From Eledone cirrhosa (lineage: Eukaryota): a stretch of 64,000 bases of DNA. A program made the position numbers and the translations under genes. Shown here in pieces: positions 1 through 18,690 of this stretch (the first letter of the stretch is position 1; each line of letters starts with the position of its first letter). The stretch is from NCBI GenBank assembly GCA_964016885.1, contig OZ024740.1, forward strand, positions 248,558,001-248,622,000. Reading direction: 5' to 3'. The notes under the pieces were generated by a model that was not told where the DNA came from, made no database searches, and saw only the letters and a program-made list of their open reading frames with translations.

Positions 1-199
1 TTGTTTACAAACACACCGAGCATTATAATAAATGTTCGGTGAATCCATACGTACATATATATATATGTGAGCATGTATGTATATATATATACATACTACT
101 GTACGTCTGCATACATATTTGTATGTACGTATACATACTTATATTTAAGTAACAGCCGTACTAAGAGTGGGAAATGAAATTTCGTTTCATTTTTTCCGT

Positions 200-219
200 T
201 TATATATATAAATATACAT

Positions 220-287
<68 letters not shown>

Positions 288-310
288 TATATATATATAA
301 ATATATAAAT

Positions 311-343
<33 letters not shown>

Positions 344-380
344 GTTTCCATTTGTTAATATATTGTATATATATAAATAT

Positions 381-411
<31 letters not shown>

Positions 412-442
412 ACATATATAGTTTCCATTTGTTAATATATTG

Positions 443-476
<34 letters not shown>

Positions 477-511
477 AATATATATATATATAAATATATA
501 TATATATAAAT

Positions 512-554
<43 letters not shown>
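200..554. repeat. (TA)n/(TATAAA)-type microsatellite with two embedded 26-nt tags (gtttccatttgttaatatattgtata)
   Basis: Seen directly. It is one of many (TA)n tracts in the window and the source of the spurious IY-rich ORFs. Confidence 0.95.
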
Positions 555-557
<3 letters not shown>

Positions 558-595
558 TGGCGAGGTTTTTTATATGAAATCGTGTGTCGAAACAA

Positions 596-1986
<1,391 letters not shown>

Positions 1987-2033
1987 AATATATATATATA
2001 AATATATATATATATAAATATATATATATAAAT

Positions 2034-2088
<55 letters not shown>

Positions 2089-2191
2089 AATATAGTAGTA
2101 TAATAATTAGTATACTTCAATCTGGCTAAATTTTTCTTTTGCAATATATATACAGATGTGTTGGTATCTGTGTTTCATCACATACATATTA

Positions 2192-2227
<36 letters not shown>

Positions 2228-2530
2228 GTTTGAATTTGTAAAGCCAAACAATGCAGGTATGGACATAGAATAAAAATGCAAATGCAAAAGATATTGTTGA
2301 CAATTAGTCTTTTACCTTATTGTTATACTTTGGGAGGGTCATGTTGCCAATAAGAAACACACGCACCAGTTGCTTTCACTTCAATTTATTATATATTTAT
2401 AAATTTATAAATTTACCTTAGATTTATTTAAATATCCTTAATTTTCGAGATAATCTCTCTTCTTCGGAGGGAGGTAAAGCGGTTAAACCAGTGTTCTAAA
2501 TAGCTTGCCATGTCATAACTATAACTTCCT

Positions 2531-2567
<37 letters not shown>

Positions 2568-2570
<3 letters not shown>

Positions 2571-2766
2571 ATAATACATGTGAAGACTAAAGAGGGCTAA
2601 TATATATATAAAAATATATAAAACCATAGAGCTAATATCTATTAAAATAACAGATTAAAGTTTAAGCAAAGAATCGCTGCTTTCACCCTTAACTAAAAAC
2701 AGAAAATCCCGTTAAGAGTGAAAGCAGCGATTCCTTACTTAAACATTAATCTGTTATTTAAATAAA
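2568..2766. mobile_element. Short fold-back remnant of PLE-like family B
   Basis: Inverted arms at about 2640-2693 and 2711-2763. Homologous to 18836-19652 and flanked by (TA)n. Confidence 0.7.
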
Positions 2767-2790
2767 TATATATATATATGTATATATATA

Positions 2791-3033
2791 TATAAAGAAA
2801 AAAAGCTGAAATCGAAAATGCAACTGGAGTCTTATTTTTAAAAAAATATATATATTTATTTGGTTCCTTTACCGGTTTGCGAAACCGGTAAAGGAACCAA
2901 ATAAATATATATATATATTTTTAAAAATAAGACTCCAGTTGCATTTTCTATTTCATCTTTTTTCTTTATACTTTCACTCATGTTGGACACCTCGGTTATT
3001 TTTCATTTTGTAAAAAAAACCTCACTTTCTAAT
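2791..3033. mobile_element. Hairpin remnant of the PLE family C 3' end
   Basis: Arms at 2791-2878 and 2882-2971 around a 3-nt loop (accggttt-gcg-aaaccggt). Same sequence as 27135-27367, 36987-38618 and 50345-52710. Confidence 0.85.
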
Positions 3034-3064
3034 ATATATATATATATTTATTTATTTATTTAAA

Positions 3065-7285
<4,221 letters not shown>

Positions 7286-7739
7286 GTGAGAGAGAGAGAG
7301 AGAGAGAAATGGACGAGGAGCTACGCAGATATCTAGACATACAGGTAGATACAGATACATGCACACACATACGCGCACACACACACACACACACACATAC
7401 ACACATACATATATATAGAGAGAGGGGGAGAAATCGATAAGAAATTAAATAGATTGGTTGATAGATAAAGACGCAGACAGGTATATAGATAGACAGTTAT
7501 ATATATTTATATATATACTTACTGAATGCTAGTAATCCATTGAGGACGAAGAAACAGAGAATAGCTGTTGGTGTTGTATACATTTCGTTAGTTTCTGTCT
7601 TGCCTTCCTCTAAGACTTGCCTTCTGTTGAAGAATAGTAAACACTTTGGTTAGGTTCTGCGTGGAGCCGAGATATGCTGTAAGAAACTATAGGAGATAGT
7701 GAGAGGGAAATGGTTATGGGAAAGTTGGAACGTAGACGA

Positions 7740-8160
7740 CGAGGATGGTAATAATGGTAGTGGAGGTGATGATGGTGGAGAATAAGGAGAAGTAGGTAAG
7801 AAAACGAAGAGAAAGAGGTAAAAAAAAAAGATGAATAACTGAAGGAGGAAAAAGAAGGAAAAAAAGAAAAAGATGAGTACGAGTTGTTAGAAAGGAAAAA
7901 AAGAAAGAAGTGGTAGATGAAAAAGAGTAAAGACTGGAAGAAGTTATTATTATTGGTGGTGGTGGTGGGAATAATAATGATGATGATGATGATGAAGAAC
8001 AGTAGAAGGAGAAAGAGGAGGAAGGGGAGAAGAAGAAATTGAAGAAATAGAAAATGGAGAAGGCAGAAGTGAGAAATGCAAGAAAAAAAAGAAAAACAAG
8101 AAAAAAGAAGAAAGCAAAAGAAAATGCATGAAGAAGGGGGCGAAAGAAAGAAATCTAAGA
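7740..8160 (+). repeat. Purine-rich low-complexity tract (GAA/GGT/GAT)
   Basis: Seen directly. Confidence 0.8.
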
Positions 8161-8475
8161 AATTACTTGAAAGAACACAGCCTGTTTTTGATGAGTTTCA
8201 TGTAATCAACGCTAATTAATTGATGATTAAAGTTTTGCTTTGGAAACTAGGTGCACGTCGCCTTTGATTTGGCCGTACACTTGCCCGCATAGTAATTACA
8301 GGTAACATAATTGCGTGTAAAGTTAGCAGGAAATTTAGAAAACGATGCAGCACCTTATACAATTAAACAAGATAAAGAATTGAACGCACAAAGAAACAAT
8401 TAATTAAATAAACAGATAAAAAGTCGTTATGGCGTCGTAATAAGAATGCCCCAGTATTTGTCCCAAGTCACTGCA

Positions 8476-8730
8476 CTTTGAGTTCAATTCTAGCCGAGGT
8501 CAACTTTTGTGCCATCCTTTCGAGGTCGATAAATAAAGTATCACTTCAGTACTGGAGTTGGCTTTTCCTCTATCTCGCTTTATAAATTCCTTTCTCTCCC
8601 TGTCTTTCTCTGTAAGAAATAGGTTGTGATCTGACACAGAGAGGGGACGAGCTTCATCAGGTTTAAAATTCCCAAAACACACAGTGTGTCAATAAACGCT
8701 CCGACGATTCCACCAGGAATTAAGGACTTT
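8476..8730 (+). mobile_element. tRNA-derived SINE copy (common family in this window) with 3' extension
   Basis: gagttcaattctagccgaggtcaac..catcctttcgaggtcgataaataaagta matches 13603-13755, 20275-20463 and 47207-47393. The segment 8612-8730 resembles 13805-13930. Confidence 0.75.
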
Positions 8731-8777
8731 AAATTGATGAAAAGAGTAAAAAAGAAGGAAACATAAAGAAATGAATA

Positions 8778-9120
8778 CAGTGTATCCCCGGCATTCGCAG
8801 TCTTGACATTCACGGTCCCGGTTATTCGCGGAATTTTCCTTAGAACCTAACTGATAATTGTTTGTGGAAACCACTGCATATTCGCAGAATCATAAATATC
8901 TCCCACGATTTTTTAATGGCCTTTTTTGTGGCAATATATATTTTTTCACGGTTTTTAACGTTAAATTATTGATAACAATATACCATATTTGCCGGTCTAT
9001 ATTTTACATTATGCTTTGACGTTTATAGGCATCTTGAAGGACACGTCCAGTATTCGCGGTTTTTTCGCTCTTCGCGCGTTCTCTAGAAACGGAACCCCCG
9101 CGAATACCGGGGGACAACTG
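8778..9120. mobile_element. Tc1/mariner (pogo/Tigger-like) MITE
   Basis: TIRs CAGTGTATCCCCGGCATTCGC and GCGAATACCGGGGGACAACTG, TA target duplication on both sides (8776-77, 9121-22), internal ATTCGCGG sub-repeats. Confidence 0.85.
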
Positions 9121-9444
9121 TACATACATAAAAATAAAATTAAAATATAAGACTGTTGATTCAACGATGGAAAATAGAAGAATATTTTCAGGATATGGTT
9201 ATCATCATGACACACCATGAGACACCAAAAGCACCATAACACCACTACAGTGGTGTCTTGGTGGTTGTAGGGCTATAGAAGTGGTAGTAGTTTGGGTGTA
9301 GTACTGTTTTGATTTTTGCAGTACTACTGTAATAGTTTTAGTAGTTCTGTGGTGACAATAGGATTGTTTTGGTGGCTGTAGTGCTCTTATGGTAGTTATG
9401 GCGGTGTTATGATGGCTGTAGGGGTTCTACACAGGGCACCAGAG

Positions 9445-10760
9445 CTATTCCTCTGAGTGGTAGCTCTGATGAAATAGCAGAAGACGTCGAACAATTCTGC
9501 ACAATTCTGAAGAAAACAGAATACAGCTTGCAGTTAGACGAGTCTACTTTGCAAGGCAATGAATCTCTCCTCCTCGCATTTGTTCGTTTCGCGAAAGACG
9601 AAAGTTTGTTCCAGGAATTGCTGTTTGCCAGACTATTGGAAACTGATACCAAGCGTCAATCTATTTTCAATGTGGTCAGGAACTTTATTGATGAAAAGGA
9701 CATCCCACTGACAAATATCTACCATAGCTTGTGCAAATGACAGTGCACCATCGATGATTGGCTGTCATCGCGGCTTCATCAGTTATCTCAAAGCCAGTCT
9801 GCCTGATGTCTTCACGATACACTGCGTGATTCACCAACAGCATCTTGTTGGAAAAACCTTAGTGGTCGCTTTCATGATTGCCTAAACACTGTCATCATTG
9901 CCGTAAATAAAATCAAGGCTTGTGCTCTAAAATATTGTCTCTATCAACAGCTTCGCCTTGAAAACGACGAGGATTTTCAAAATTTGCTCCTCCACTCAGA
10001 GGTGGGGTAGTTATCAAGGGGAAATTGTCTAAATCGATTTGACACCTAGTTTGATTCAGTAACGGAGTTCTTTGATACCTCTGTCCCTGAGAGACTTAAA
10101 AGCACGAAGAATGATATCGCGTATTTGTCCGACTTATTCACTAAATTCAACGAAGTGAATATGCAGCTGCAGGGAGTTAATCTCATCCAAGTGAATTGAA
10201 CAATCTCAACATTTCAAGCTAAACTTGTTATGTATAAGCACAAAATTTGATGCAGGTAGTTTTTCAGTGTACTTGCTTGTCTGTTTTTGAAAAGGACGGA
10301 AAACTTCCAGATGAGGATCTACTTGTCTTTTCCCCTCACTGAAATACACGGATATATGGAGTGACGATTTCATGATATGTTTGCTCTTCGAGTCCCTGTG
10401 TGGTTTACCAACCCCTTCATTGATATAGGTAGAGAATAGAGTGGACAGTTAGAAGAGGAGCTGATCATTTTTTTAAATTGAGTTGAAGCCTAAATTCTGC
10501 AAGTTGCTATCAAGAATCTTTGCTTCAAAAGGCTATCCTTGGCCGCTCTCTAGAGCTTTGGAAGGAAGTCAAATTGTCCTTCATTGCCTTTCCAACAGCA
10601 TATTTGGTTTAGAGAGGATTCAGTGCGGTCACTCTCCTTACAAAGCAGCAGAACAAGCTCCGAATTACGGAGAGTGGAGATCTCAGACTTATTCTTAGTA
10701 CAATTCAGCTGAGATTGAGAGGCTACTTTCACTTCACCAAACTAATCCTTTTCATTCAAC
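9445..10760 (+). pseudogene. hAT (Buster/Charlie-like, ZBED8/SCAND3-type) transposase relic
   Basis: Motifs SLQLDESTL, LLAFVRF, ELLFARLLETDT, DSAPSMIG, IHCVIHQQHL, LLLHSEVG*LSRG and FPTAY..FSAV, with multiple stops and frameshifts. Confidence 0.88.
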
Positions 10761-11847
10761 CCCTCCCTATAAACCTATCTGGATGGTCTGTTTTAGTGGT
10801 ATACTATTGACATCTCCAATATGCGTTGTAAATTTGTGAATTATTTTATTGAGTAAGAATATATTTATGTCTTACTGTACTGCATAATACAATTAAAATT
10901 AAATTTACATTTGGTGGTTCTTGAGGTTTTCTTCGTGAATTTCATGAGCCACCTTCTGATAAAAGTAGTACATAACTTTTCTGATATATAATGTAGTAGT
11001 AGTACCTGTTGTTATGGCCCATACTTGTCGTAGGTAGTGTCTTAGTCTTATCGTGTAATCAGGAGAGTCAGGATTTCAACTCAGAACGCACTGAGCCGGA
11101 ATAGACACCACAAGTTATCACGTCCAATGCTCTAACAATTTCGCTATTCCACTGTCTTTGCAGTCAAAGACTTTATTTATTGACCCATCAAGGATGATTG
11201 GCAAAGTTAAATGCAGCCGGGTTGGAACGCAGTCCACATTAACTGGGCCTCAATCCTCTTAAATAGTACCACACTGTGTAATCTGATCTGCAGAGGTTCA
11301 TAGTATGGTGTACACAGTGAAAGTCTGAATATGTTGTACACCCGCCACATCCTGTTTTAAAACGAATGGAAAAACTCGTCGAAAAATATTGAATATTCCT
11401 CCTCTATCCAGATATTTCTTTTTACTTACTGACGTCAAACTACAGAAGTTCAAATCGAACATTAGCCACATCGATCAATTGTATTGATCAAGCTCATCAA
11501 TAAACTTCATCGATCGCACTTGTCCGGGAAGGCCTACACAGTTCATAAAGTTGTCCCCTCGCCTTTAACTAAATATAAACATACAAAAATATAGACATCA
11601 TACCACCATCATCAGTTGGACTTTAATTTAGAGTGTAAAGACCCGGAACAAATACCGCAAAGCATTTTGTCCGACGCTCTAACGGTTCTGCTAATCCGCC
11701 ATCCTTGACCATTGGAATAATGTTAACCATTGGGAGAATATAAATATTATGTGTATGTTAACCTTTGGGAAAATATTAACCTTTTCGATGATGCTAACCA
11801 CTGGGAGGGTGTTAACCTTTGGTCTATGGTAACCACTAGGCTGTGAA

Positions 11848-12091
11848 GGGGCGTGACCTAGTGGTAAGTGTGTTGGAATTATGATCATAACGTCATGGGT
11901 TCGATTCCTGGACAGCGTTGCGTATTATGTTCTTGCGCAAAACATTTCGTTGCCCGTTGCTCCAGTATACTCAGATAAAAATGAATACCAGTAATAGCTG
12001 GGGATTTAACCCTGTGGTGGCTAAGTCGCTTAACGCCACGAACACCGGAATATGCACCGGCCTGATGAGCTTCCGGGCTTGAGACAGACTT
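11848..12091 (+). mobile_element. tRNA-derived SINE (second family, with a conserved central core)
   Basis: A box (tgacctagtgg) and B box (gggttcgattcc), central gttcttgcgcaaaacattt..gttgctccagt..actcag core, 3' end ccggcctgatgagc..agacttt. Confidence 0.72.
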
Positions 12092-13602
12092 TAGAACCAA
12101 TAGCGTAATGCTTTTTTTTCTTTTTGCATCAGAATTAAAATGATAAGGTGCAATAATATTTTTCTGTCCTGGAGAGCTGTTGTATATTTTGGATTCGAAT
12201 ATCCCAATTTCTTCGTTATCATTATTTGGTACATTTCCGGATTAGTAGAGTAATTGCTTCCTCTCTTATATACCATTATTGTTTCTTATATCTTCTCTAT
12301 GCTGTCCATATTGTTGCTATGACTCACACATGAGGCTGCATTGACAGGAGGCCTCTTGGGTGGTCTTACAATAGGGGTCTAATCATGTCATCAATTTTTC
12401 CGGTGAAGGCAGGCGGGGTTAGAACAATGATTTGAAGAAGGATTTTTGAGTGACGCTGTAAATATTCAGTCAATCAACCACTTTGGATTGATACATACTT
12501 TATTTATTGACCACGAAAGACAAAGTTGATTTCTGCGAGATTTGAACTTAATCCAGTGCTCTACCGACTGACAGTTCACTTCCTTCACTGTTGAATTTGA
12601 TTTAAATATTGATCCAATCGCCTTAAAAAAATGACACGTGGGTTTACACCAAGTACAATACTCTAAAAGACAACGGCTGTGTACACAGAATTTACTTAAA
12701 TTTCACCCCATTAAGTTTTTTTTTTTTATTGATATACATTTATCTGACATCCTTTTAACATCATTCAATTCTTTTTAATATTCTTCAATTATTATTGAAG
12801 ATTCATATGCCCCAGCAATGACTTTCAAACACCCTGACTTATTCCTCGATAATAACTGGAGTCATGTGGTTTAAGGAGCATTTGTGTCAATGACTGAATA
12901 ATGTAGTCGTATTATGAAAACAACAAAATGGAGTCCGTTCATCGCTTGATTTAAAACTATCTTTTTACAAATGTTATCTGCAATGAATATATATTTATTG
13001 AAGAATTTTATTACTCAATTAAAAATACGATAAAAATACTCTGGAATCTGAGTATCGATAGTCTTTAATTCGGTGAAATGATAAAAATCACTTGAATATA
13101 TTTAACCATTTTGACATAGGTTGCTTGTAAATATAAATTGAGTATTGTTATTTTAACACATCATCAGAACAGAAGCTTCCAGAATTAAATAAAATATATA
13201 TTCAAGATTATGCTACATTTCAATAATTCTTTACTTAATATTGGAATAATATCTTATGCAATTAACAGAAATTAACTTTATTTTCATAGACAATTAGTCG
13301 GTAATTTTGCATAGATTTAATGCTAAACGGTTCATTGTTTTGAAAAGTTATACCGTTAATCGAATTATACAATTATTGCAACTATTTGATAAGCACTTTG
13401 GCTAAAATCGACCGTACACACACACAGCTAGATTTAAAGGGAGACATTTACCACCCTAATGAAAATGCCCTACCCCCTATGAAAGTCAGTGTAGATTCCC
13501 AAAGAGGTACCCCTTCTGCTAGAGTTTTTTTTTCTTTGCTGATATTTTAACTATCTTTTTGACACGCTAGAACTGTTTTAACAATGTACATATGTTATGA
13601 AA

Positions 13603-13930
13603 GGCGGCGAATTGGCAGATCCGTGAGAATTTCGGATAGAATGCTTTATAGTATTCGTTCCGGCTGTCTGCCCTCTGAGTTCAAATTCCGCCGAGGTCAA
13701 TTTTTCCTTTCATCCTTTCGAGGTCAATAAAAAAGTACCAGTCTAGTACTGGGGTGGATTCTTCTATATCTCTTTCCCATTTCCTCTCTCTCACATTCTA
13801 TCTTTCCCGGGAAGAAATCTGTTATACTCAGGCCTGGAGAGGGATGGGCTCCGCCAGGCTTAAAATGCCCAAGAAACACCGTAATTCAATCCGGCGCCCC
13901 TACGACTCCACCAGGAGTTACGAGACCGTA
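13603..13930 (+). mobile_element. tRNA-derived SINE, full-length head plus extension
   Basis: ggcggcgaattggcaga (A box), gagttcaaattccgcc (B box), then tttcatcctttcgaggtcaataaaaaagtaccagt. Confidence 0.8.
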
Positions 13931-13940
13931 CCATAGCATA

Positions 13941-14149
13941 TGTTATAATGGTGTGACACACCTGTTTTGTATATCTCTATGAAACGAGGGTAAAGCCAAG
14001 GTATTCACCAGGCGAAATCCCGTACTACCAACGAGAGACTACAAGACTCCGTATACACAGTCTACTGACAGTTCACTTCAGTTATTATTTATAGATATTT
14101 CTCCTAGTCCACTTTTAGTTACGCGGGGCTGTTCAGGTTTTACCCTGCA
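13941..14149 (-). repeat. 3' LTR of the Gypsy element
   Basis: About 205-bp diverged direct repeat of 17967-18169 with TG...CA termini. Confidence 0.9.
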
Positions 14150-14186
14150 TCTCCCTTTCTGAGATTCCTTTTCCTCGGGAGTGTTG

Positions 14187-14217
<31 letters not shown>

Positions 14218-17200
14218 GTTTTCACCCCCACCTCTCCCTTTTAGAGAACTAAACTCCGCCCGGATCTTAATATTTCGATCCACTTCTAATAATTCTGCAC
14301 GTTTCCTTTTCCGTGTACTTGTATGTGTAGGTTCAACGATTTCTTTGGGAGTTGGCACATCGAAAATATATAACACTTTCATTGGTTCTTCATTTCTCGT
14401 GACCCTTTCTTTAGGAAACCTTTTTTTATATGTCTCTTATGTTCCCATTTCTGACCTTTTACCATATACAACATTTTTCCTATTTGTTTACTTATCACGC
14501 CATCTTCCCACATTTCTTTACCATTTTATACCTTTTACAAAACACTTTGGTCTCCAATTTTGAAAAATTTTGTATTATTTTTGTTGTCCAATATTTTTCT
14601 TTTTCGACCCGGTAACAATTTGTCAAACACTGACTTAATCTTCCTTACGAACATCAATTCCGCAGGTGCCATGCCCGCAGAGGTATTAGGATTAGGTGTT
14701 ACACGGTATACTCTTAAGAATTGTTGCAGTGCTAAATTATCTGCTATACCATTATTTGCTTTCTTTAAGGCTCTCTTAAATGTATGCACAAACCATTCTG
14801 CTTGTCCATTTGACCTAAGGTGATATGGTGGAGTGGTAACGTGTTCAATAGAGAACATTTTACAAAATGTTTTAAATTCATACGCAGTGATTATCAGAAA
14901 CTATGGTATCTGGAATAGCATATCGTGTAAAAAAAAACAATAAAAAAAACAGATTTCAGGCCACTTAGTAAAGCTCTCTACCACTACAAGATAATGTGAT
15001 CAATTTGGTGCACCTGCGAAATCTATATGTAGTCTTGATCATGGAATATCCATCTTCGGCCAAGGTTGAAATTTTGTGGCAGGCGATTTTGCTGCCAGAG
15101 CAAAACTTCTGCAGGATTTTACCAACTTTTCGATCTCTTTGGTCCATTTTGGGCCAGTATACATAACTTCTCATAAGAGCTTTCGTTCTTAATATTCCCG
15201 GATGACAAATGTGAAATTCTTACTAATATTCGCTTTTGCAGTGTGACCGGCATTACTGCTCTTTGTGCATACATCAATACATTGTCACAAATCGAGTACG
15301 AGTTCGAATCTGGGTTGTGGTCTGCAAACCTCATTTCTATTTATTTTTTCTGCTCTCAGTAATCTTTTCATTTCCGTAATAAGAACGTCTTCTTCCGCTT
15401 TTATTTCTTCTAAGGAAACGGGTAATTCCCGTACTACGTTACACAATATACTTGTTATTTCCTTTTCAGCTCTTAAAGCCCTTATCACTGTTGTCTTCAA
15501 ATAGTTCACTATTTTTAGGTATCAATCTTGATAGACCATCAGCATGTCCTAATCTTTTGATTGGCAGATACTCCATCTTAAGATCATAATTTAATAAAAT
15601 GGCGCCCCAGCGCTGTAATCTATTTGCTGTATGGGTGGGAATTCCCTGCTTTGATCCATAAATTGACAACAAAGGATGGTCATCAGTCTGTAAATAAAAA
15701 CTCCTTCCGTGAATAAACTTGTGAAATTTTTTCCCAGCTAAGATTATAGCTAACACCTCTTTTTCAATTTGGCTGTAATTATTTTCTGCTGGTAGTAGAG
15801 AACGTGAGGCATGAGCTACGGCTTTTGTGCTACCATCATCATATTTGTGCAGAATCATGGCTCCAATACCATACTCACTAGCATCAGAAGCCAATACAAT
15901 TTCTATTTTGGGGTCATAATGCAGTAATTATAAATCCGATATTAATATTTTTTTTATTTCTTCAAACGCCTTCTGGCACTTAGTCCAATTCCACTTTACG
16001 TCTTTTCTAGCAGATTATTTAGTGGGGTTCTTACATTATGCATATTCGGAATATATATTTGATAATAGTTCGCAAACCCTCAAATCGCTTGTAACATAGT
16101 AACGTTTTTCGGTGGGGCATATTTTTAATTGCACTAGCCCTTGACGGATCTGATTTGTCCTAGGTACTTTATTCTAGGCAAGAAAAATTCCCACTTCTCA
16201 TCGTTGAGTTAGAACCCATACTCTCTTACCTTTTCAAAAACACGCTTGACATGCTGACCATGAGATTCACTTTTCATTAATACGTCGTCCAACTATGTAA
16301 TCGTGAAATAACAATCTGCCAGCATCGTATCTTGTTAGAATATAGCCGGAGCAAATTTTATGCCAAAAGGAAGTTGGTCAAATTTGTACAAATGTTTATG
16401 CGTATTTATTGTCAACAACTTTGACCATTCAAACTGTTTTTGTAGGGAAGCTTCAGAAATGTCTAATTTCATGAAAAATTTTCCACCGTTTAGTCTCGCA
16501 AAAATTTCCTTTGTACTTGGCAATGGGTAGTTGTGTGGTCTTAAACATTCGTTTAGTCCTGTCGATACACGAATTTTACACGAATTATTTTTATTTTTTT
16601 TTTTTATACATAGACCACTCTGCGTGGTAAATTTTTTCAATCACTCCCATTTTTTCCAGTCTATCTAATTCTTTGTTGACTTGATCTAACTGGCGGACGA
16701 CCCAATTACATTTTTACAAAACATATTTAAGTCGAACCGCTCCATCCAGTCAGTACCGAAAAGATTTGTTGTATTTCTTAATACATAAGCTTTAGTTTTT
16801 ACGGTCTTGCCACGAAATGTAACGTTACTTACTATTTCACCTTTAAAAAATAACTCCTTCCCCCGAAACGCTATGTAGAAATTTCAAGGTTTTATTTATT
16901 GTAGGCTTCTCGGTTACTTTCCACGTGTCTTCATTGATTATAGTAATGTCGCTACCTGTATCTAACTGGAATTTAATATTCACGTTGTTAATTTTTACTT
17001 ACACAAATTTCCTTTGAGTCTTGTTAATTTTTTTCCTGCCGATAACGTGTTTACATAATTTTACCTGTTGGACCTTTTTCTTGGTTTTGTTTTGCAGTGT
17101 GATTTTTTATGTCCTATTCTTCCACACTCGAAGCACTAAGTTTTTGAAAGGACAATGGTATCTGAAGTGTAATCCACATCCGAAATTAATTTTTTGTTTT

Positions 17201-17966
17201 TTGTTTTAGACCGCAAAATCTGTATACGAGAGCAGTTTCTCTCTTCGATTCTTTCGATGACTCAGATTTATAATTCTCTGACATTCCTTAGATATTTCCT
17301 GTAATGTTAAGATCTGAGACTGCTCTAATTTTGTCAGAATTCTGATACGAATTTCTGCATCTTTCGTTGCAGTTAACCATTGCAGGAAAATTAAGCATTT
17401 AAACATGTCTGGGGTTAGTTCGTCAAGTTTAAATCTTTCGCATTCCTTTTTAACGACCCCAGCATACGTGACAAAATCTTCGTCCTCTTTTTTTTCGCCA
17501 GATTCATACACTTCCAACGGGTGTTAAAGAACTTTTCTCGCTAAAATATTTCGACAGGATATTTAATGTTTCCTCAAAACAGATCCCATCTGGTTTCTTC
17601 GGTAGTATATAGTTGCAGTATTTCTCATGTTCGACTGGTGCCAATTTTCAACGAAAATCGTTTTTTTTTGGTGGGGGGGGGGGGGGGGGGTCATCATTCC
17701 AGCCGCTGCATTCTTCTCGGAAGATTTCCTCAGGTCTTCTAAAGTGAGTGGAGAAGGTAATGCCCTCATCCGAGTTATATGCGAATTCTCCCATCGAATT
17801 CGCCACAGCGTCGGGGTGAACAAACTTGACATAATTCAGTATTACTTCTATTAACTGTTGTTGTTGCAACTGTACCATTGAGGCTAGTAAATGGTCCTTA
17901 TTAAGGACATTTTTTTTTTTTTTTTTTAAATCAGTCCAGTGTAAGCTTCGAACAACTCGTCGCCAC

Positions 17967-18169
17967 TGTTATAATGGCATGACACACCTGTTGTGTATAT
18001 CTGTACGAAACGAGAGTAAAACCAAGGTATTCACCCCGGTGCAATTCCGAACTAACAACGACACTCCGTACACACAATCTACCTGACAGTCCACTTCAGT
18101 TCTTATTTATAGGCATTTCGCCTAGTCCCCCTTTAGTTACGCGGGGGTATTCAGATTTTTTCCCCTACA
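17967..18169 (-). repeat. 5' LTR of the Gypsy element
   Basis: Adjacent to the PBS and a direct repeat of 13941-14149. Confidence 0.9.
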
Positions 18170-18271
18170 ACATTATAGTACCAGCGTTGCCACAAAAATT
18201 CAGCAAAACTTCTCCACTTATGCGGCGTTCTGATGTATTTAAGTTTGAATATATATATATATGTATATATG

Positions 18272-18307
<36 letters not shown>

Positions 18308-18395
18308 AACAATGAGTTATATGGTTTGTTGATTATTATTCAACAGAATTAATTTTATAACAGATTTGAAGCACTGTACAGTTTTATCTGGAGCA

Positions 18396-18522
18396 TTATT
18401 AATATTAACAATATTAATAAATGCAAAATATTGATGAAAGCACACTAAAATTTAGTGTCCTTGAAATACGTATAATAAAATAAATATGGTATTATAAAGA
18501 TATTTTCCATTTATTAATATTG

Positions 18523-18528
<6 letters not shown>
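18396..18528 (+). ncRNA. Mini fold-back containing an HHR whose stem I 5' strand is replaced by the inverted arm
   Basis: (T)TGATGA at 18431-37, stem II AAG.ACACTAAA/TTTAGTGT.CTT, then GAAA-TACGTA-TA-ATAAAATA. 18400-18431 is the reverse complement of 18500-18528. Confidence 0.6.
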
Positions 18529-18587
<59 letters not shown>

Positions 18588-18588
18588 C

Positions 18589-18624
<36 letters not shown>

Positions 18625-18690
18625 GTTATTCCGGGTTGAATCGGAGGTAACCACAGTAAGTAAGGTACTCAATACATAGCAGAGTATAAA

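Larger units (their letters stand above)
13941..18169 (-). mobile_element. Ty3/Gypsy LTR retrotransposon (Mag/K02A2.6-like), decayed but with both LTRs
   Basis: TG..CA LTRs at 13941-14149 and 17967-18169. PBS TGGCGACGAG (minus 17956-17965) and PPT AAAGGGAGA next to 14150. Fragments of gag (17880-17200), protease (QLDTGSDI, about 16945-16970), RT (LPFGIKFAPAIF), RNase H (ASDASEYGIGA..YSQIEKE) and integrase (PPYHLRSNGQAE), in Gypsy order. Confidence 0.93.

Noticed and set aside
8640-8665. CTGATGA on the minus strand
   Set aside because: No paired stem II or downstream GAAA.
9445-10760. Domesticated ZBED8/SCAND3-like host gene
   Set aside because: Multiple stops and frameshifts indicate a decayed hAT transposase.
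12055-12091. CTGATGAGC..GGC..GAGA as a hammerhead
   Set aside because: No GAAA, stem III or stem I closure. It is the 3' tail of a SINE.
11848-13700. tRNA genes at the SINE heads (11848-11915, 13603-13695)
   Set aside because: A/B boxes are present, but the cloverleafs are imperfect and continue into multi-copy SINE bodies.
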